DNA of 64,000 bases. Source: a virus (taxonomy: Duplodnaviria > Heunggongvirae > Uroviricota > Caudoviricetes). Shown here piece by piece: positions 25,293 to 33,720 of this stretch. The stretch is from positions 19,285 to 83,284 of the IMG/VR virus record IMGVR_UViG_3300027807_000001. The stretch is one strand, 5' to 3'. Below the pieces are notes generated by a model, which worked only from the letters and a program-made list of their open reading frames with translations, was not told the origin of the DNA and searched no databases. How positions within the stretch are numbered: position 1 is the first letter of the stretch; each line of letters starts with the position of its first letter. The position numbers and the translations under genes are program-made.

Positions 25293-26457
25293 TCTCTTAC
25301 TACAAAAGATATTGGCGAACCCAATGATGGCACCAGGTCTCAGCATTTATGTAGCAGGTATGCTCGCCTTCATAATGAAGGATGTTCCTGGTCAAATCTG
25401 GGAGTTTGTGTCGAAGCACTCTACGACAACTCTATCAATGACCGCCAATACGGACAGTTTCTTTGCTCTAGCAGAGTGGATAGAAAATTCCCCCTACGCG
25501 AAGAAGTTTCGCACTATCCGTGTTGGAGACAACGACAAGATATCCGTCGGGTTTGGAAGACACTTCTTCATCTTCAAAAAGAGGATGTGCTGGCTCTCAC
25601 GCAATCGTGTTCAGAATAAGAATTATGAATTAGAAGAGATTAGTCTCTCTTACTTTGGAAGAGATCAGCAAATCCTGAGAGACATTCTTAAAGAAGCAAT
25701 GGAAGCGCGTCTGCAGTCAACCAAGACGCGAATTTACACCCACCCGCATGGAGAGTGGACCCTTCACGCGGAGCAGGAGAGGAGAGCGCTATCTACCGTT
25801 CTTCTTTCTGACGAGAACAGAAAAGCTCTTCTTAACCACCTCAATGATTATGTCAATCAGAAAGACTGGTATCTTAAACACGGCATTCCCTATAGAACCG
25901 GGATCTGTTTATCGGGCCCTCCCGGCACTGGAAAGACTTCGCTAGTCAGAGCCATCTGCGCTGAGTATAAGTTAAAGCTGTGCACGCTAGACCTGTCGCA
26001 GGTGGGCAATGGATCCTTAATGGTACTGATGTCTCGGCTAGAACCCAAGAGCCTACTACTAGTAGAAGACATAGATACCATCTCCGTAACAGAGGACAGA
26101 GACAGAGTTCAGCCTCGCGGAGAGAAGCTCTCACTAGAGACGCTGACTCTGGGAGGCGTTCTCAATGCGCTCGATGGAGTCGTAGGATCTGATGGGCGTA
26201 TCTTAGTTGTCACCACCAATAAGCTAGCCAAGCTAGACCCTGCCCTATTGCGTCCCGGTCGCATCGATCTGGCTTTGGAACTCGGGTATTTAACACCCCC
26301 GCTGTTCGTAGAGGCGATGAAGAACTTCTTTCCTAACTTCATCGTGACTAATATCGACTGGCCTACAACTATGACGCCTGCTACACTGCAACAGATTATC
26401 CTGGGGCACAAGGATAATCCAAACAAGGTTTTAGAAGTTATTCAGCGAACAAAATAA
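25264..26457 (+). CDS. AAA+ ATPase, BCS1-like
   Basis: Walker A GPPGTGKTS, Walker B LLLVEDID, sensor and arginine finger region VVTTNKLAKLDPALLRPGRID; long N-terminal domain before the AAA core. Confidence 0.8.
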   Translation: MSPARYQMNSLLLQKILANPMMAPGLSIYVAGMLAFIMKDVPGQIWEFVSKHSTTTLSMTANTDSFFALAEWIENSPYAKKFRTIRVGDNDKISVGFGRHFFIFKKRMCWLSRNRVQNKNYELEEISLSYFGRDQQILRDILKEAMEARLQSTKTRIYTHPHGEWTLHAEQERRALSTVLLSDENRKALLNHLNDYVNQKDWYLKHGIPYRTGICLSGPPGTGKTSLVRAICAEYKLKLCTLDLSQVGNGSLMVLMSRLEPKSLLLVEDIDTISVTEDRDRVQPRGEKLSLETLTLGGVLNALDGVVGSDGRILVVTTNKLAKLDPALLRPGRIDLALELGYLTPPLFVEAMKNFFPNFIVTNIDWPTTMTPATLQQIILGHKDNPNKVLEVIQRTK

Positions 26458-26469
26458 ATAGAGAGAACA

Positions 26470-26763
26470 ATGACCCCGACGATAGAAGCCCCTGAGGTAG
26501 GTACCATCAGTATTTCGGATTCCCGAACAGAGAATGCAATGAATTGGAATGTCGTACTCCACAATTGCGACTGCCATACATTCACAGATGTAGAAGATTC
26601 TCTTGTCAGAGTTATCCGCTGCGACCTAGAGAAGGCGAAAGAGTACGCGATGACTGTTCACGAGAAAGGAGTCTGCGTCGTATTTTCAGCACACAAGGAA
26701 AGGGCGGAAGTAAAATATCTAGGATTAAAAGAAGACGGTCTAACAGTTGAACTGACTAAATAG
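26470..26763 (+). CDS. clpS: ClpS-like adaptor protein
   Basis: WNVVLHNCDCHTFTDVEDSLVRV...AMTVHEKGVCVVFSAHKERAE matches the ClpS core fold pattern. Confidence 0.65.
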   Translation: MTPTIEAPEVGTISISDSRTENAMNWNVVLHNCDCHTFTDVEDSLVRVIRCDLEKAKEYAMTVHEKGVCVVFSAHKERAEVKYLGLKEDGLTVELTK

Positions 26764-26789
26764 TCTTCGTTTTCGGTATAGACATTAAT

Positions 26790-27467
26790 ATGAAAATTGC
26801 GGCGGTTAGTGACTCCCATCTCCGCAAGTACACGATACCTAAAGTAGATGTACTTGTGCACGCAGGAGATCATACCCTCCAAGGGAACTTTCAAGAGCTT
26901 AATCGTTCCATCGAGCAGTTAAAAGAACACAAGGAGAATGCTTCTCACATTGTTGTGATCGCAGGTAATCATGAACGTGTCGTAGAGAAAGACCCTTCGC
27001 TTGCGAAGCAACTTTACAAGGAAGCAGGTATCATCTATTTGCAGGATGATATGGTTGAAATTCAGGGTGTTAAATTTTACGGGTCACCTTACACTCCAGA
27101 GTTTTGTAACTGGGCGTTTGCTACCCATCAATTTGATGCAGAGGTTGGAATAGATCCTGAAGAAGTGTGGTCTCGTGTTCCCGAAGAAGTAGACGTACTA
27201 ATCACCCATGGGCCACCATGGGGGCGCTTTGATGTTCCGTTTGGAAGCAACAGCCACGTAGGCTGCCCTACCCTAATGCGTCATCTTCAGCGAATCAAAC
27301 CACAAGTCCATGTCTTTGGACACATACATTCTCCCGGAGATGTCGTAGGAGCAGATGGTATTCGATACATCAACGCTGCAGTGTGTAATGGTCTTTATGA
27401 GAGAGTGTATGAGCCAACCGTCTTCGAAATCGAACCCAGAGTCAAACCTGCCGCAGCTTATTTGTAA
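26790..27467 (+). CDS. calcineurin-like metallophosphoesterase
   Basis: motifs VHAGDH, GNHE, GHIH in canonical order. Confidence 0.75.
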   Translation: MKIAAVSDSHLRKYTIPKVDVLVHAGDHTLQGNFQELNRSIEQLKEHKENASHIVVIAGNHERVVEKDPSLAKQLYKEAGIIYLQDDMVEIQGVKFYGSPYTPEFCNWAFATHQFDAEVGIDPEEVWSRVPEEVDVLITHGPPWGRFDVPFGSNSHVGCPTLMRHLQRIKPQVHVFGHIHSPGDVVGADGIRYINAAVCNGLYERVYEPTVFEIEPRVKPAAAYL

Positions 27468-27471
27468 AGCA

Positions 27472-27651
27472 ATGGGATGCGACTGGGAATCTATTTATGG
27501 AGGTACTAGATACAATCCGGAGATACGCGAGAAGTGCACTAGATGTCTTCTCGAACGCAAATGGGTAAACTTTGTTATGACAAAGCAGGTGCCCCGTAAA
27601 GATGGAACCAAACCCCCTAACGGCTACTGGGAATACGAAGATCCTAAATGA
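27472..27651 (+). CDS. hypothetical protein (59 aa)
   Basis: ATG 5 nt after previous stop; track start 27355 is internal to the previous gene. Confidence 0.4.
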   Translation: MGCDWESIYGGTRYNPEIREKCTRCLLERKWVNFVMTKQVPRKDGTKPPNGYWEYEDPK

Positions 27652-27944
27652 CTTGTAAATTTAAGAAGGGCGATATCGTTGTTATCACCAGGAAATTTAC
27701 GGGTGATAAGACATTGTCTTGGCTACCTGATATGGACAAATTGATAGGTATTCCTGGCATTGTTACAACCACATGGTCAAACGCCTGGGAAGCTGACACT
27801 GCAGCCACAGGCGTAAGAACTTATTTTGAGCCAGCCCCCGTTGTATCCTTCGCATACCGGAGCAGCGTTCTTCGTCCAGCAACTGAAGAAGAGAAGCAGT
27901 CATTCCTTTTAATCCATTTAGTCCGGAAAGATGAGAGTCTCTAA
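27648..27944 (+). CDS. ATEEE-tail family protein (KKGDIVVI ... ATEEEKQSFLLIHLVRK)
   Basis: family motif; KOW/SH3-like N-terminus. Confidence 0.5.
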   Translation: MTCKFKKGDIVVITRKFTGDKTLSWLPDMDKLIGIPGIVTTTWSNAWEADTAATGVRTYFEPAPVVSFAYRSSVLRPATEEEKQSFLLIHLVRKDESL

Positions 27945-27956
27945 AAGCAACCACTC

Positions 27957-28322
27957 ATGTCTAATTCATTTAAGATTGGCGACATTGTTGTCATAGAAAA
28001 ATTATGGACCAGAGACGAAGAGGGCCCAGCTGGGCCTACCAAAAGAAGGTTCGGAGTAGATCATTCTCATATGCCTCTACTTATAGGCAAAGTAGGGGTA
28101 GTAGTTCCTCCCCGAGAGTTGGCTACAAGGGTGATGGGGTCAGGCCCTCTTTCTGAATGCTTAGATGACAATTTACTTTGCAAAGTAAGAACATATGATG
28201 TAGCGCACGAAGTAGGATGGGAAGAACCCGGATGGTATTACTACGCGGACGGGTTACGTCTCGCGACTGAAGAAGAGAAGAGATCATTCCTTCTAATTCA
28301 CTTAATTCGGAAAGAAAGTTAA
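27957..28322 (+). CDS. ATEEE-tail family protein (KIGDIVVI ... ATEEEKRSFLLIHLIRK)
   Basis: tandem paralog of the previous gene. Confidence 0.5.
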   Translation: MSNSFKIGDIVVIEKLWTRDEEGPAGPTKRRFGVDHSHMPLLIGKVGVVVPPRELATRVMGSGPLSECLDDNLLCKVRTYDVAHEVGWEEPGWYYYADGLRLATEEEKRSFLLIHLIRKES

Positions 28323-28330
28323 AGGCCTAA

Positions 28331-28366
28331 CCTCACAAAAAGTCTGCGTGCTGTTTAGTAAAATAT
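28331..28366 (+). promoter_or_regulatory. promoter-like element (copy 5)
   Basis: CCTCACAAAAAG-N-TTAGTAAAATAT. Confidence 0.5.
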
Positions 28367-28392
28367 AACGATGCCGCAAGGAGATAGCAGCT

Positions 28393-28509
28393 ATGCTACC
28401 CGCTTCTGCCAAGAAGAAAAAGATAAAGGTTCGCGTTAAGAGAAAGAGAGTGAACGCTACCGCTCATCAGCTGCAGCTGGAACGGGAACGCGAGTTTCTA
28501 GATCTGTAG
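28393..28509 (+). CDS. small basic protein (38 aa)
   Basis: SD CAAGGAGATAGCAGCT then ATG. Confidence 0.35.
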   Translation: MLPASAKKKKIKVRVKRKRVNATAHQLQLEREREFLDL

Positions 28510-28511
28510 CC

Positions 28512-28724
28512 ATGAATAAACAAGTTCATGACTTCTGTCGCACAATCAATCCGGGATACGATGTTCTCCGACTTAAGACTTTCGTCATAAAGCATCCTAT
28601 CTTAGCAGCTAAGGTCATGCAGAATCAATGGCCTGAAGAAGCAGATTATTGGAAATCAATAGTTGCTTGGTCACCTGGCTTCGTGGCCGGATGGCTGCAC
28701 AGCGCTATGAAGAAAGATCGTTAG
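28512..28724 (+). CDS. hypothetical protein
   Basis: ATG 3 nt after previous stop. Confidence 0.45.
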   Translation: MNKQVHDFCRTINPGYDVLRLKTFVIKHPILAAKVMQNQWPEEADYWKSIVAWSPGFVAGWLHSAMKKDR

Positions 28725-28733
28725 AGGTAAGAA

Positions 28734-29051
28734 ATGATACATACTTGGGCGCCTGTGTGGATCTACACCCACCTGCTCTACGTGATAGTCTGGGCGCACT
28801 TCATGATGGACTTCATCTGTCAGCGCTGGATGAAGAATGCAATACTCAAGAAGCAAGTGTTTGGGCTTGCGACAATCTATGCATTGCCGTTCCTATTCTT
28901 CGGCCCATCCTTTGCGTTCGTCGCTCTTGGGGGTTGGTACTTCGTTACCTCACGGCTAGATGGAGATAGTTTGGCGATCGTGTACATCCGTCAGACAGTG
29001 CTGATAACTTCTCTCCTGCACCTTTCACACCGCTTCTTCATGGTATTCTAA
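28734..29051 (+). CDS. membrane protein (multiple transmembrane segments)
   Basis: SD GAGGTAAGAA; hydrophobic. Confidence 0.5.
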   Translation: MIHTWAPVWIYTHLLYVIVWAHFMMDFICQRWMKNAILKKQVFGLATIYALPFLFFGPSFAFVALGGWYFVTSRLDGDSLAIVYIRQTVLITSLLHLSHRFFMVF

Positions 29052-29052
29052 T

Positions 29053-29370
29053 ATGAACAACAAAATTCAAAAAGAACTAGATAGACTTCTTGAGTTGGAT
29101 AAGCAACGTACGCCGACCGGCAGTCAAGCCAGGTGTGGTAGTCGTCTGAAGAAGGGCGACCTAGGGGAGTTAACGAAAGAACTTTTATCGATAAAATCGG
29201 ACAAAGAGTTAATTTCTTCCTTAAATGAACTGCCTGGTGAGATATTGCGGGCGCTCGGGACCGCTTCCGTAGAATTAAACTACAGAGTATATAATATAGC
29301 GACAGCGGACAAGATGACACATGATCTCGCGCGGCATACTCTTGAGCAGAAATCTCTCGGAAAGAAATGA
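29053..29370 (+). CDS. hypothetical protein, tandem paralog 1 of 3
   Basis: shares LDKxR...LKKxD...LxxALLSIxxDxEL...LxELxxxLL pattern with the next two ORFs. Confidence 0.5.
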   Translation: MNNKIQKELDRLLELDKQRTPTGSQARCGSRLKKGDLGELTKELLSIKSDKELISSLNELPGEILRALGTASVELNYRVYNIATADKMTHDLARHTLEQKSLGKK

Positions 29371-29681
29371 CAATTCCTCTTAAAATTCAGAAGGAAGTAG
29401 AAGCGCTACGAGTACTCGATAAGAAGAGGCAGCAAGAGGGCCCAGCACATAAAGTGTCGAAGCCTCCTTTCTCCTTCCTTAAGAAAGAAGATTACCGTGG
29501 CTTGCGAAAAGCGCTCTTGTCTATTTCTAACGACGCGGAACTTTTTAAGACTCTTAAGGAATTGGAAGCGCCTCTTCTATTTGGAGTTGTGCTGCCAAGG
29601 GAGGCAGCCCCGGATGTGTTAAAATTAGTTAACCGGGTAGAAACCTTCCTGAGAGAAAAGAAATATGACAATCCCACCTGA
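29367..29681 (+). CDS. hypothetical protein, tandem paralog 2 of 3
   Basis: ATGA overlap. Confidence 0.5.
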   Translation: MTIPLKIQKEVEALRVLDKKRQQEGPAHKVSKPPFSFLKKEDYRGLRKALLSISNDAELFKTLKELEAPLLFGVVLPREAAPDVLKLVNRVETFLREKKYDNPT

Positions 29682-29949
29682 ACTTCTAAAGCTTATTGTC
29701 GACCTCGAGAAGAGAAACGCGACGAAGATCTCTCTCGGAGATGTAGAGCCTCTCGCAGACTTCGCAGAGAAGCTTGAGTCTGATAACGACTTTATGGAAT
29801 TTCTGACAAGCCTGCCTACCCAACTGATCGCACGGGTGGGAATAGTTTCCCCTCCTGTTCTTGCGCGTATTCAGAAACTCTTAGAGTTGAAAGAGACTCC
29901 TCTTGTGCAAGATGATAATCGCTTCGAGAGAACATACGACGAGGAATAG
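29665..29949 (+). CDS. hypothetical protein, tandem paralog 3 of 3
   Basis: overlapping start. Confidence 0.5.
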   Translation: MTIPPELLKLIVDLEKRNATKISLGDVEPLADFAEKLESDNDFMEFLTSLPTQLIARVGIVSPPVLARIQKLLELKETPLVQDDNRFERTYDEE

Positions 29950-30300
29950 ATGAACTTTCGACAAGCTAAGAAAATCTATTTGTACCCTGAGAATCACCAG
30001 AAGTCTTCTATCCTGAAAGCAGGAAGGATCTGGAGAAAGAGGTACCCTACCGCTATAAAGATAGGTGACCACGTTGTCGATATCGGATGTGGATGCAATC
30101 ACACAGTCGTTACCGTGGGTAACAAGTATATAGGGATGATCAAGCCTCCCGACTCCCGTTTCCCCGACGAAGAACCCGACGCATACGTATGGAATGTCTC
30201 TCGGAGATATTTCCATAAGGACTATCAAGTCCTTAATCAAGGTGATGAATGTCAATATTGTAAAGCGCAAGGGCAGGACCATTGGGCAGGTAAGATCTAG
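29950..30300 (+). CDS. hypothetical protein (GDHVVDIGCGCN glycine-rich loop)
   Basis: ATG right after previous stop. Confidence 0.45.
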   Translation: MNFRQAKKIYLYPENHQKSSILKAGRIWRKRYPTAIKIGDHVVDIGCGCNHTVVTVGNKYIGMIKPPDSRFPDEEPDAYVWNVSRRYFHKDYQVLNQGDECQYCKAQGQDHWAGKI

Positions 30301-30326
30301 AGGCAGGCAGCCCTATCAAGAATCAA

Positions 30327-30560
30327 ATGGGTAAAAAGAAAGCGGTAGAGGATTGGCCCAGGACGAGGAAGTCTCCCCTCTGTTGCATTATCAATCCTAT
30401 AACAGTATGCGTCGCATGCGACGCGAAGGTTTGCTATGACTGTAACACCAAAGATTGGGACGGAGCAGCGGAGCATGACGAGCGAGCAGCTGACTGGGGC
30501 CATCAAGATGTCGCATGTATTGGCCAAAGAGATGTTCGCCTGTGGGTAGATCCTATCTGA
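30327..30560 (+). CDS. LCC-family mini-protein (LCCIINP)
   Basis: SPLCCIINPITVCVACDAKVCYDC. Confidence 0.55.
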   Translation: MGKKKAVEDWPRTRKSPLCCIINPITVCVACDAKVCYDCNTKDWDGAAEHDERAADWGHQDVACIGQRDVRLWVDPI

Positions 30561-30569
30561 GGTAAAATT

Positions 30570-30950
30570 ATGATACTCTGGTTAGACGATATTCGAGATC
30601 CTTCGGCCTTTCGACCTTCCGATGATCGCTATGTGTGGTGTAAGACCAATACGGAGTTTATCCGCAAACTAGACACGATGAGCGCTCATATTGAAGGCGT
30701 CGCCTTCGATCACGATAAGAGTCACGCTCTCGACAGCGAGAGTGTTGTCGCTCCGTTCTCTTGCGACGAGACGTACGAGCCTTCTGTTCGTTATCTAGTT
30801 CTCTGGGCGGAGAAGTATGATAAGAGGGATTTCCCTGTCGAGATCATAACTTCTAATGTCGCAGGTGCAGATCGGTATAAGAAAATTCTTACCGCCGAAG
30901 ACAACACGCGGTTTAATATAATCATGAATCTTGGTGGCGTAAGAAGATAG
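30570..30950 (+). CDS. hypothetical protein (N-terminus MILWLDDIRD, receiver-like start)
   Basis: SD GAGGTAAAATTATG; no recognised catalytic motif. Confidence 0.5.
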   Translation: MILWLDDIRDPSAFRPSDDRYVWCKTNTEFIRKLDTMSAHIEGVAFDHDKSHALDSESVVAPFSCDETYEPSVRYLVLWAEKYDKRDFPVEIITSNVAGADRYKKILTAEDNTRFNIIMNLGGVRR

Positions 30951-30954
30951 TACT

Positions 30955-31143
30955 ATGAATCTTTGTTGTCAAATCAACGCAGTGGTGTATTGTCAGTTCT
31001 GCGGAGTGGGAGTTTGTGGCACGTGCTATGCTAACCGAGAGTGGAGGCGGACCCCTACTTGCAGTCCCTGCACTCCACGTTCAATACATTTGACCCCAGA
31101 TGGGCATTGGTTAACAAAATTAAAGCAGCCAAAGAAATTATGA
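30955..31143 (+). CDS. LCC-family mini-protein (LCCQINA)
   Basis: MNLCCQINAVVYCQFCGVGVCGTC. Confidence 0.55.
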   Translation: MNLCCQINAVVYCQFCGVGVCGTCYANREWRRTPTCSPCTPRSIHLTPDGHWLTKLKQPKKL

Positions 31144-31328
31144 ATTCTTCCCTGTGCTGTATAATTAACCCATCACTCCACTGTAAATTCTGCAACATAG
31201 CTATGTGTGTTGATTGTTTTCAAAAAGCAAGGGCAGGTGTAGATCCCGCCTGCTCTGATAGAAAGTTCCTCATAGGATCTGCAGGGCATTGGATGACTAG
31301 GAGAACAGTATGGAACTTGTCGACATAG
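31140..31328 (+). CDS. LCC-family mini-protein (LCCIINP)
   Basis: ATGA overlap; MNSSLCCIINPSLHCKFCNIAMC. Confidence 0.55.
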   Translation: MNSSLCCIINPSLHCKFCNIAMCVDCFQKARAGVDPACSDRKFLIGSAGHWMTRRTVWNLST

Positions 31329-31555
31329 TGGTGACCTCTATATTAATACTATTGCTTTGGAAGCCCTTCGAATGGGTGACGACAAAGCTAGTGCTGAAGG
31401 CTATCCGCATTTGGAAAGGGATGGATAACGACGTAGAAGAGATTAGCGATGCGCTAGATGAGACTAAGAAGTGTGGCTCAACTTGTCGCTGTGGTAAACC
31501 TTGTGATAGGAGCGACTTTGCTGCAAAGAAAAACAAACCAAAGAAAGGAGCGTAA
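31310..31555 (+). CDS. hypothetical protein (C-terminal CGSTCRCGKPC)
   Basis: 81 aa ORF. Confidence 0.45.
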   Translation: MELVDIVVTSILILLLWKPFEWVTTKLVLKAIRIWKGMDNDVEEISDALDETKKCGSTCRCGKPCDRSDFAAKKNKPKKGA

Positions 31556-31558
31556 AGA

Positions 31559-32449
31559 ATGTCATTAAAAGATAACGAGCTAGCGGCTGTAGTCGCCAAG
31601 GTTGGAGGGCTGTTAGGGGCAGGCTTGCTGGTACTGGCGGTATTGAATTCGTATGTTTTGGTACCTCAAGGCGAAGTGGGCGTTGTATTTGATAAGTGGT
31701 CTGGCGGAGTACAGTCAGAGACACTGCGAGAGGGGTGGCACTTCAAGTGGCCCATCAAGCAGAAGGTTACGACTTATCCCGTTTCGCTGCGAACGTATTC
31801 AGCGATTGGCTTGGGCGAAGGAACCAATCCTGATCACCCGGAGCTGGTGTCTCTGCCTACGAAGGGCGGTCAGCATATCGATCAGCAGATGTCGATGACG
31901 TATCACGTCGATCCTTCGAAGGCTTCTCTTGTCTTTGATAAGTTTCAGGGTCGCGATATCAATGACATTGAGGTCGAGTTCATTCGTCGGAATGTACAAT
32001 CGGTGGCCACTAACGTCACTGGCACGTATGATCTGATGGATGTCTTAGGTCCTAAGAAGCTTGAGATTCAGGGTCTTATCCAGAGCGGCGTGAAAGAAAG
32101 GCTCGAGTCTTATGGCTTCGTGATTGATCAAATCAACCTGGGCTATGCTGTAGCGCCTGCTTCTATCGAGCAGTCTCTGCAGGCAAAGATGCAGTCTGAA
32201 CAGGCGGCTGATGCGGCCAAGTATGGTCTGCAGAAGGCGGAGATGGATGCCCGTGCAAAGATCGCGACTGCTGAGGGCGAGGCGAAATCCAACGCCTTAG
32301 TACGGCAGCAGTTGAGTCCCGAATTCCTTCAGTTTAAGGAACTCGAGGTTCGCCTCAAGGCGATCGAGAAATGGGACGGTAAACTTCCCGAGCAGTTTGT
32401 TCCGGGCTCTGCAGTCCCCTTCCTTCAGCTGGAGAACAGCCGCAAGTAA
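31559..32449 (+). CDS. SPFH/band-7 (prohibitin/HflK-like) membrane protein
   Basis: N-terminal transmembrane segment then SPFH core (GVVFDKWSG...GWHFKWPI...) and C-terminal coiled coil; 296 aa. Confidence 0.75.
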   Translation: MSLKDNELAAVVAKVGGLLGAGLLVLAVLNSYVLVPQGEVGVVFDKWSGGVQSETLREGWHFKWPIKQKVTTYPVSLRTYSAIGLGEGTNPDHPELVSLPTKGGQHIDQQMSMTYHVDPSKASLVFDKFQGRDINDIEVEFIRRNVQSVATNVTGTYDLMDVLGPKKLEIQGLIQSGVKERLESYGFVIDQINLGYAVAPASIEQSLQAKMQSEQAADAAKYGLQKAEMDARAKIATAEGEAKSNALVRQQLSPEFLQFKELEVRLKAIEKWDGKLPEQFVPGSAVPFLQLENSRK

Positions 32450-32480
32450 TTCGCAAGTAATTCGCAAGTAATTCGCAAGG
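32441..32480 (+). repeat. tandem 11-mer repeat (CGCAAGTAATT) x3.6
   Basis: direct repeats that include the stop codon of the SPFH gene. Confidence 0.6.
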
Positions 32481-32527
32481 GCCGGGCCTATCCATTAGGC
32501 AAAGTCAGATCTCTACTTAAGAGGTCA

Positions 32528-32557
32528 GTTAGTCACGGGGCACGTAACCCCGTGCAC
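32528..32557 (+). promoter_or_regulatory. bipartite leader element (copy e) GTTAGTCACGGGG-cacgtaa-CCCCGTGCAC
   Basis: perfect hairpin; 6 nt before ATG 32563. Confidence 0.45.
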
Positions 32558-32562
32558 GATCT

Positions 32563-32751
32563 ATGTCTACTAATTTAATTTGTCTTGTTAAAGGACATTA
32601 CCCGTGCGACATAGAAGGTTGCACATGGTGCTACAACAACGATGAGATTACTGAGTGCTACCACTGCAAACAGCCTATAGAGAGGGATCTCTCTTCCTAT
32701 GTCGGCGTTAATGGTCCTTCTCACCCATACAAATGGCGATTAATAAAATGA
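32563..32751 (+). CDS. Cys-rich subfamily B protein (LICLVKGHYPC)
   Basis: subfamily B motif; CYHC. Confidence 0.5.
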   Translation: MSTNLICLVKGHYPCDIEGCTWCYNNDEITECYHCKQPIERDLSSYVGVNGPSHPYKWRLIK

Positions 32752-32921
32752 ATGATCTCGCCTGCTTAGTCAATGGGCATTATCCATGTAAAAATCGGAA
32801 CTGTGTAATTCATAATGCAGTAGTAGTAGAGTTGTGCTTTCAGTGCGGTCGAACGATAGAAAAAGCATCTGAGACGCCCACATCAGGTATTTACGAATGG
32901 CGATCAAAAGGAAGCGCTTAG
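32733..32921 (+). CDS. Cys-rich subfamily B protein (LACLVNGHYPC)
   Basis: tandem paralog of the previous gene. Confidence 0.5.
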   Translation: MAINKMNDLACLVNGHYPCKNRNCVIHNAVVVELCFQCGRTIEKASETPTSGIYEWRSKGSA

Positions 32922-33058
32922 AAAAGTTATGCTGTATCGTTAACACGCTAGTGTCTTGTGCATCGTGTGAACGGAAGTGGTGTAGCAAATGTTGGAAGTC
33001 TCTACCTTGGTGCGCAAAAAGTTCCTCTAAAAGACATTGGTTAATATTAAGAGCTTGA
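32897..33058 (+). CDS. LCC-family mini-protein (LCCIVNT), 53 aa
   Basis: MAIKRKRLEKLCCIVNTLVSCASCERKWCSKCW; below track cutoff. Confidence 0.5.
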   Translation: MAIKRKRLEKLCCIVNTLVSCASCERKWCSKCWKSLPWCAKSSSKRHWLILRA

Positions 33059-33078
33059 TAGAAGATACGAGGTTCTAA

Positions 33079-33297
33079 TTGTCTGAACAACTTTGCTGTA
33101 TAGTTAATCCGAGATTTAGATGCACCACTTGTAGACGCAGCTGGTGTAGTGGTCATCAGCACCTATGGCATATGTTTCCATGCAAAGTTAAGACAACGCC
33201 TGTTTGGCATTCTGAGAATGATAACTATCATGATCTGGAGAAAATGGGCCCGCCGGCCGATTCCGGGGACTACAAGGCCTGGTGGATTGAGGATTAG
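33079..33297 (+). CDS. LCC-family mini-protein (LCCIVNP)
   Basis: MSEQLCCIVNPRFRCTTCRRSWC. Confidence 0.55.
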   Translation: MSEQLCCIVNPRFRCTTCRRSWCSGHQHLWHMFPCKVKTTPVWHSENDNYHDLEKMGPPADSGDYKAWWIED

Positions 33298-33299
33298 GC

Positions 33300-33470
33300 A
33301 TGATTTTCATCAAGAATAAGAAAGGATCTACTCTCATTGAGCTCATGATTATCGTTGCAATGCTTGGGGACAACGGTATCAACTTTATCAACGGATCATA
33401 TACATACCCTCCTTATCATATTGTAAAGTACAAGAAAGAATATGGCGCCCCAGCAACCCGCTCAAGATAG
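33300..33470 (+). CDS. prepilin-like small protein (N-terminal KGSTLIELMIIVAML)
   Basis: matches the type IV pilin and pseudopilin N-terminal motif G-[FS]-TLIELMIVVAI; 56 aa. Confidence 0.45.
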   Translation: MIFIKNKKGSTLIELMIIVAMLGDNGINFINGSYTYPPYHIVKYKKEYGAPATRSR

Positions 33471-33720
33471 TTGCCTTCCTTGTCAAGTACAAAGAATCAT
33501 CGGCTTTGATGTCGAATGTTATCGATGTGGTGAAGGATACTGCCATCGTTGTTTTAAGAGAACAGACACAGGTGGACGACGATGCACCCTACGTCCTATC
33601 CGCGAGATAAGTGACGACGAGCAATGTGAAATAGAGTGGTCAGTAAGACTCCCTTCGTACTATCATTCATTTACTTATAAGAGGCCTGAGCCTTCAGAGG
33701 AGATTGAACAAAATGGCTGA
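33442..33720 (+). CDS. Cys-rich hypothetical (CLPC...CYRCGEGYCHRC)
   Basis: 92 aa. Confidence 0.45.
   Translation: MAPQQPAQDSCLPCQVQRIIGFDVECYRCGEGYCHRCFKRTDTGGRRCTLRPIREISDDEQCEIEWSVRLPSYYHSFTYKRPEPSEEIEQNG

Noticed and set aside
32441-32480. CRISPR array
   Set aside because: Only about 3.6 copies of an 11-mer with no spacers. No CRISPR-like repeat-spacer structure anywhere in the window.
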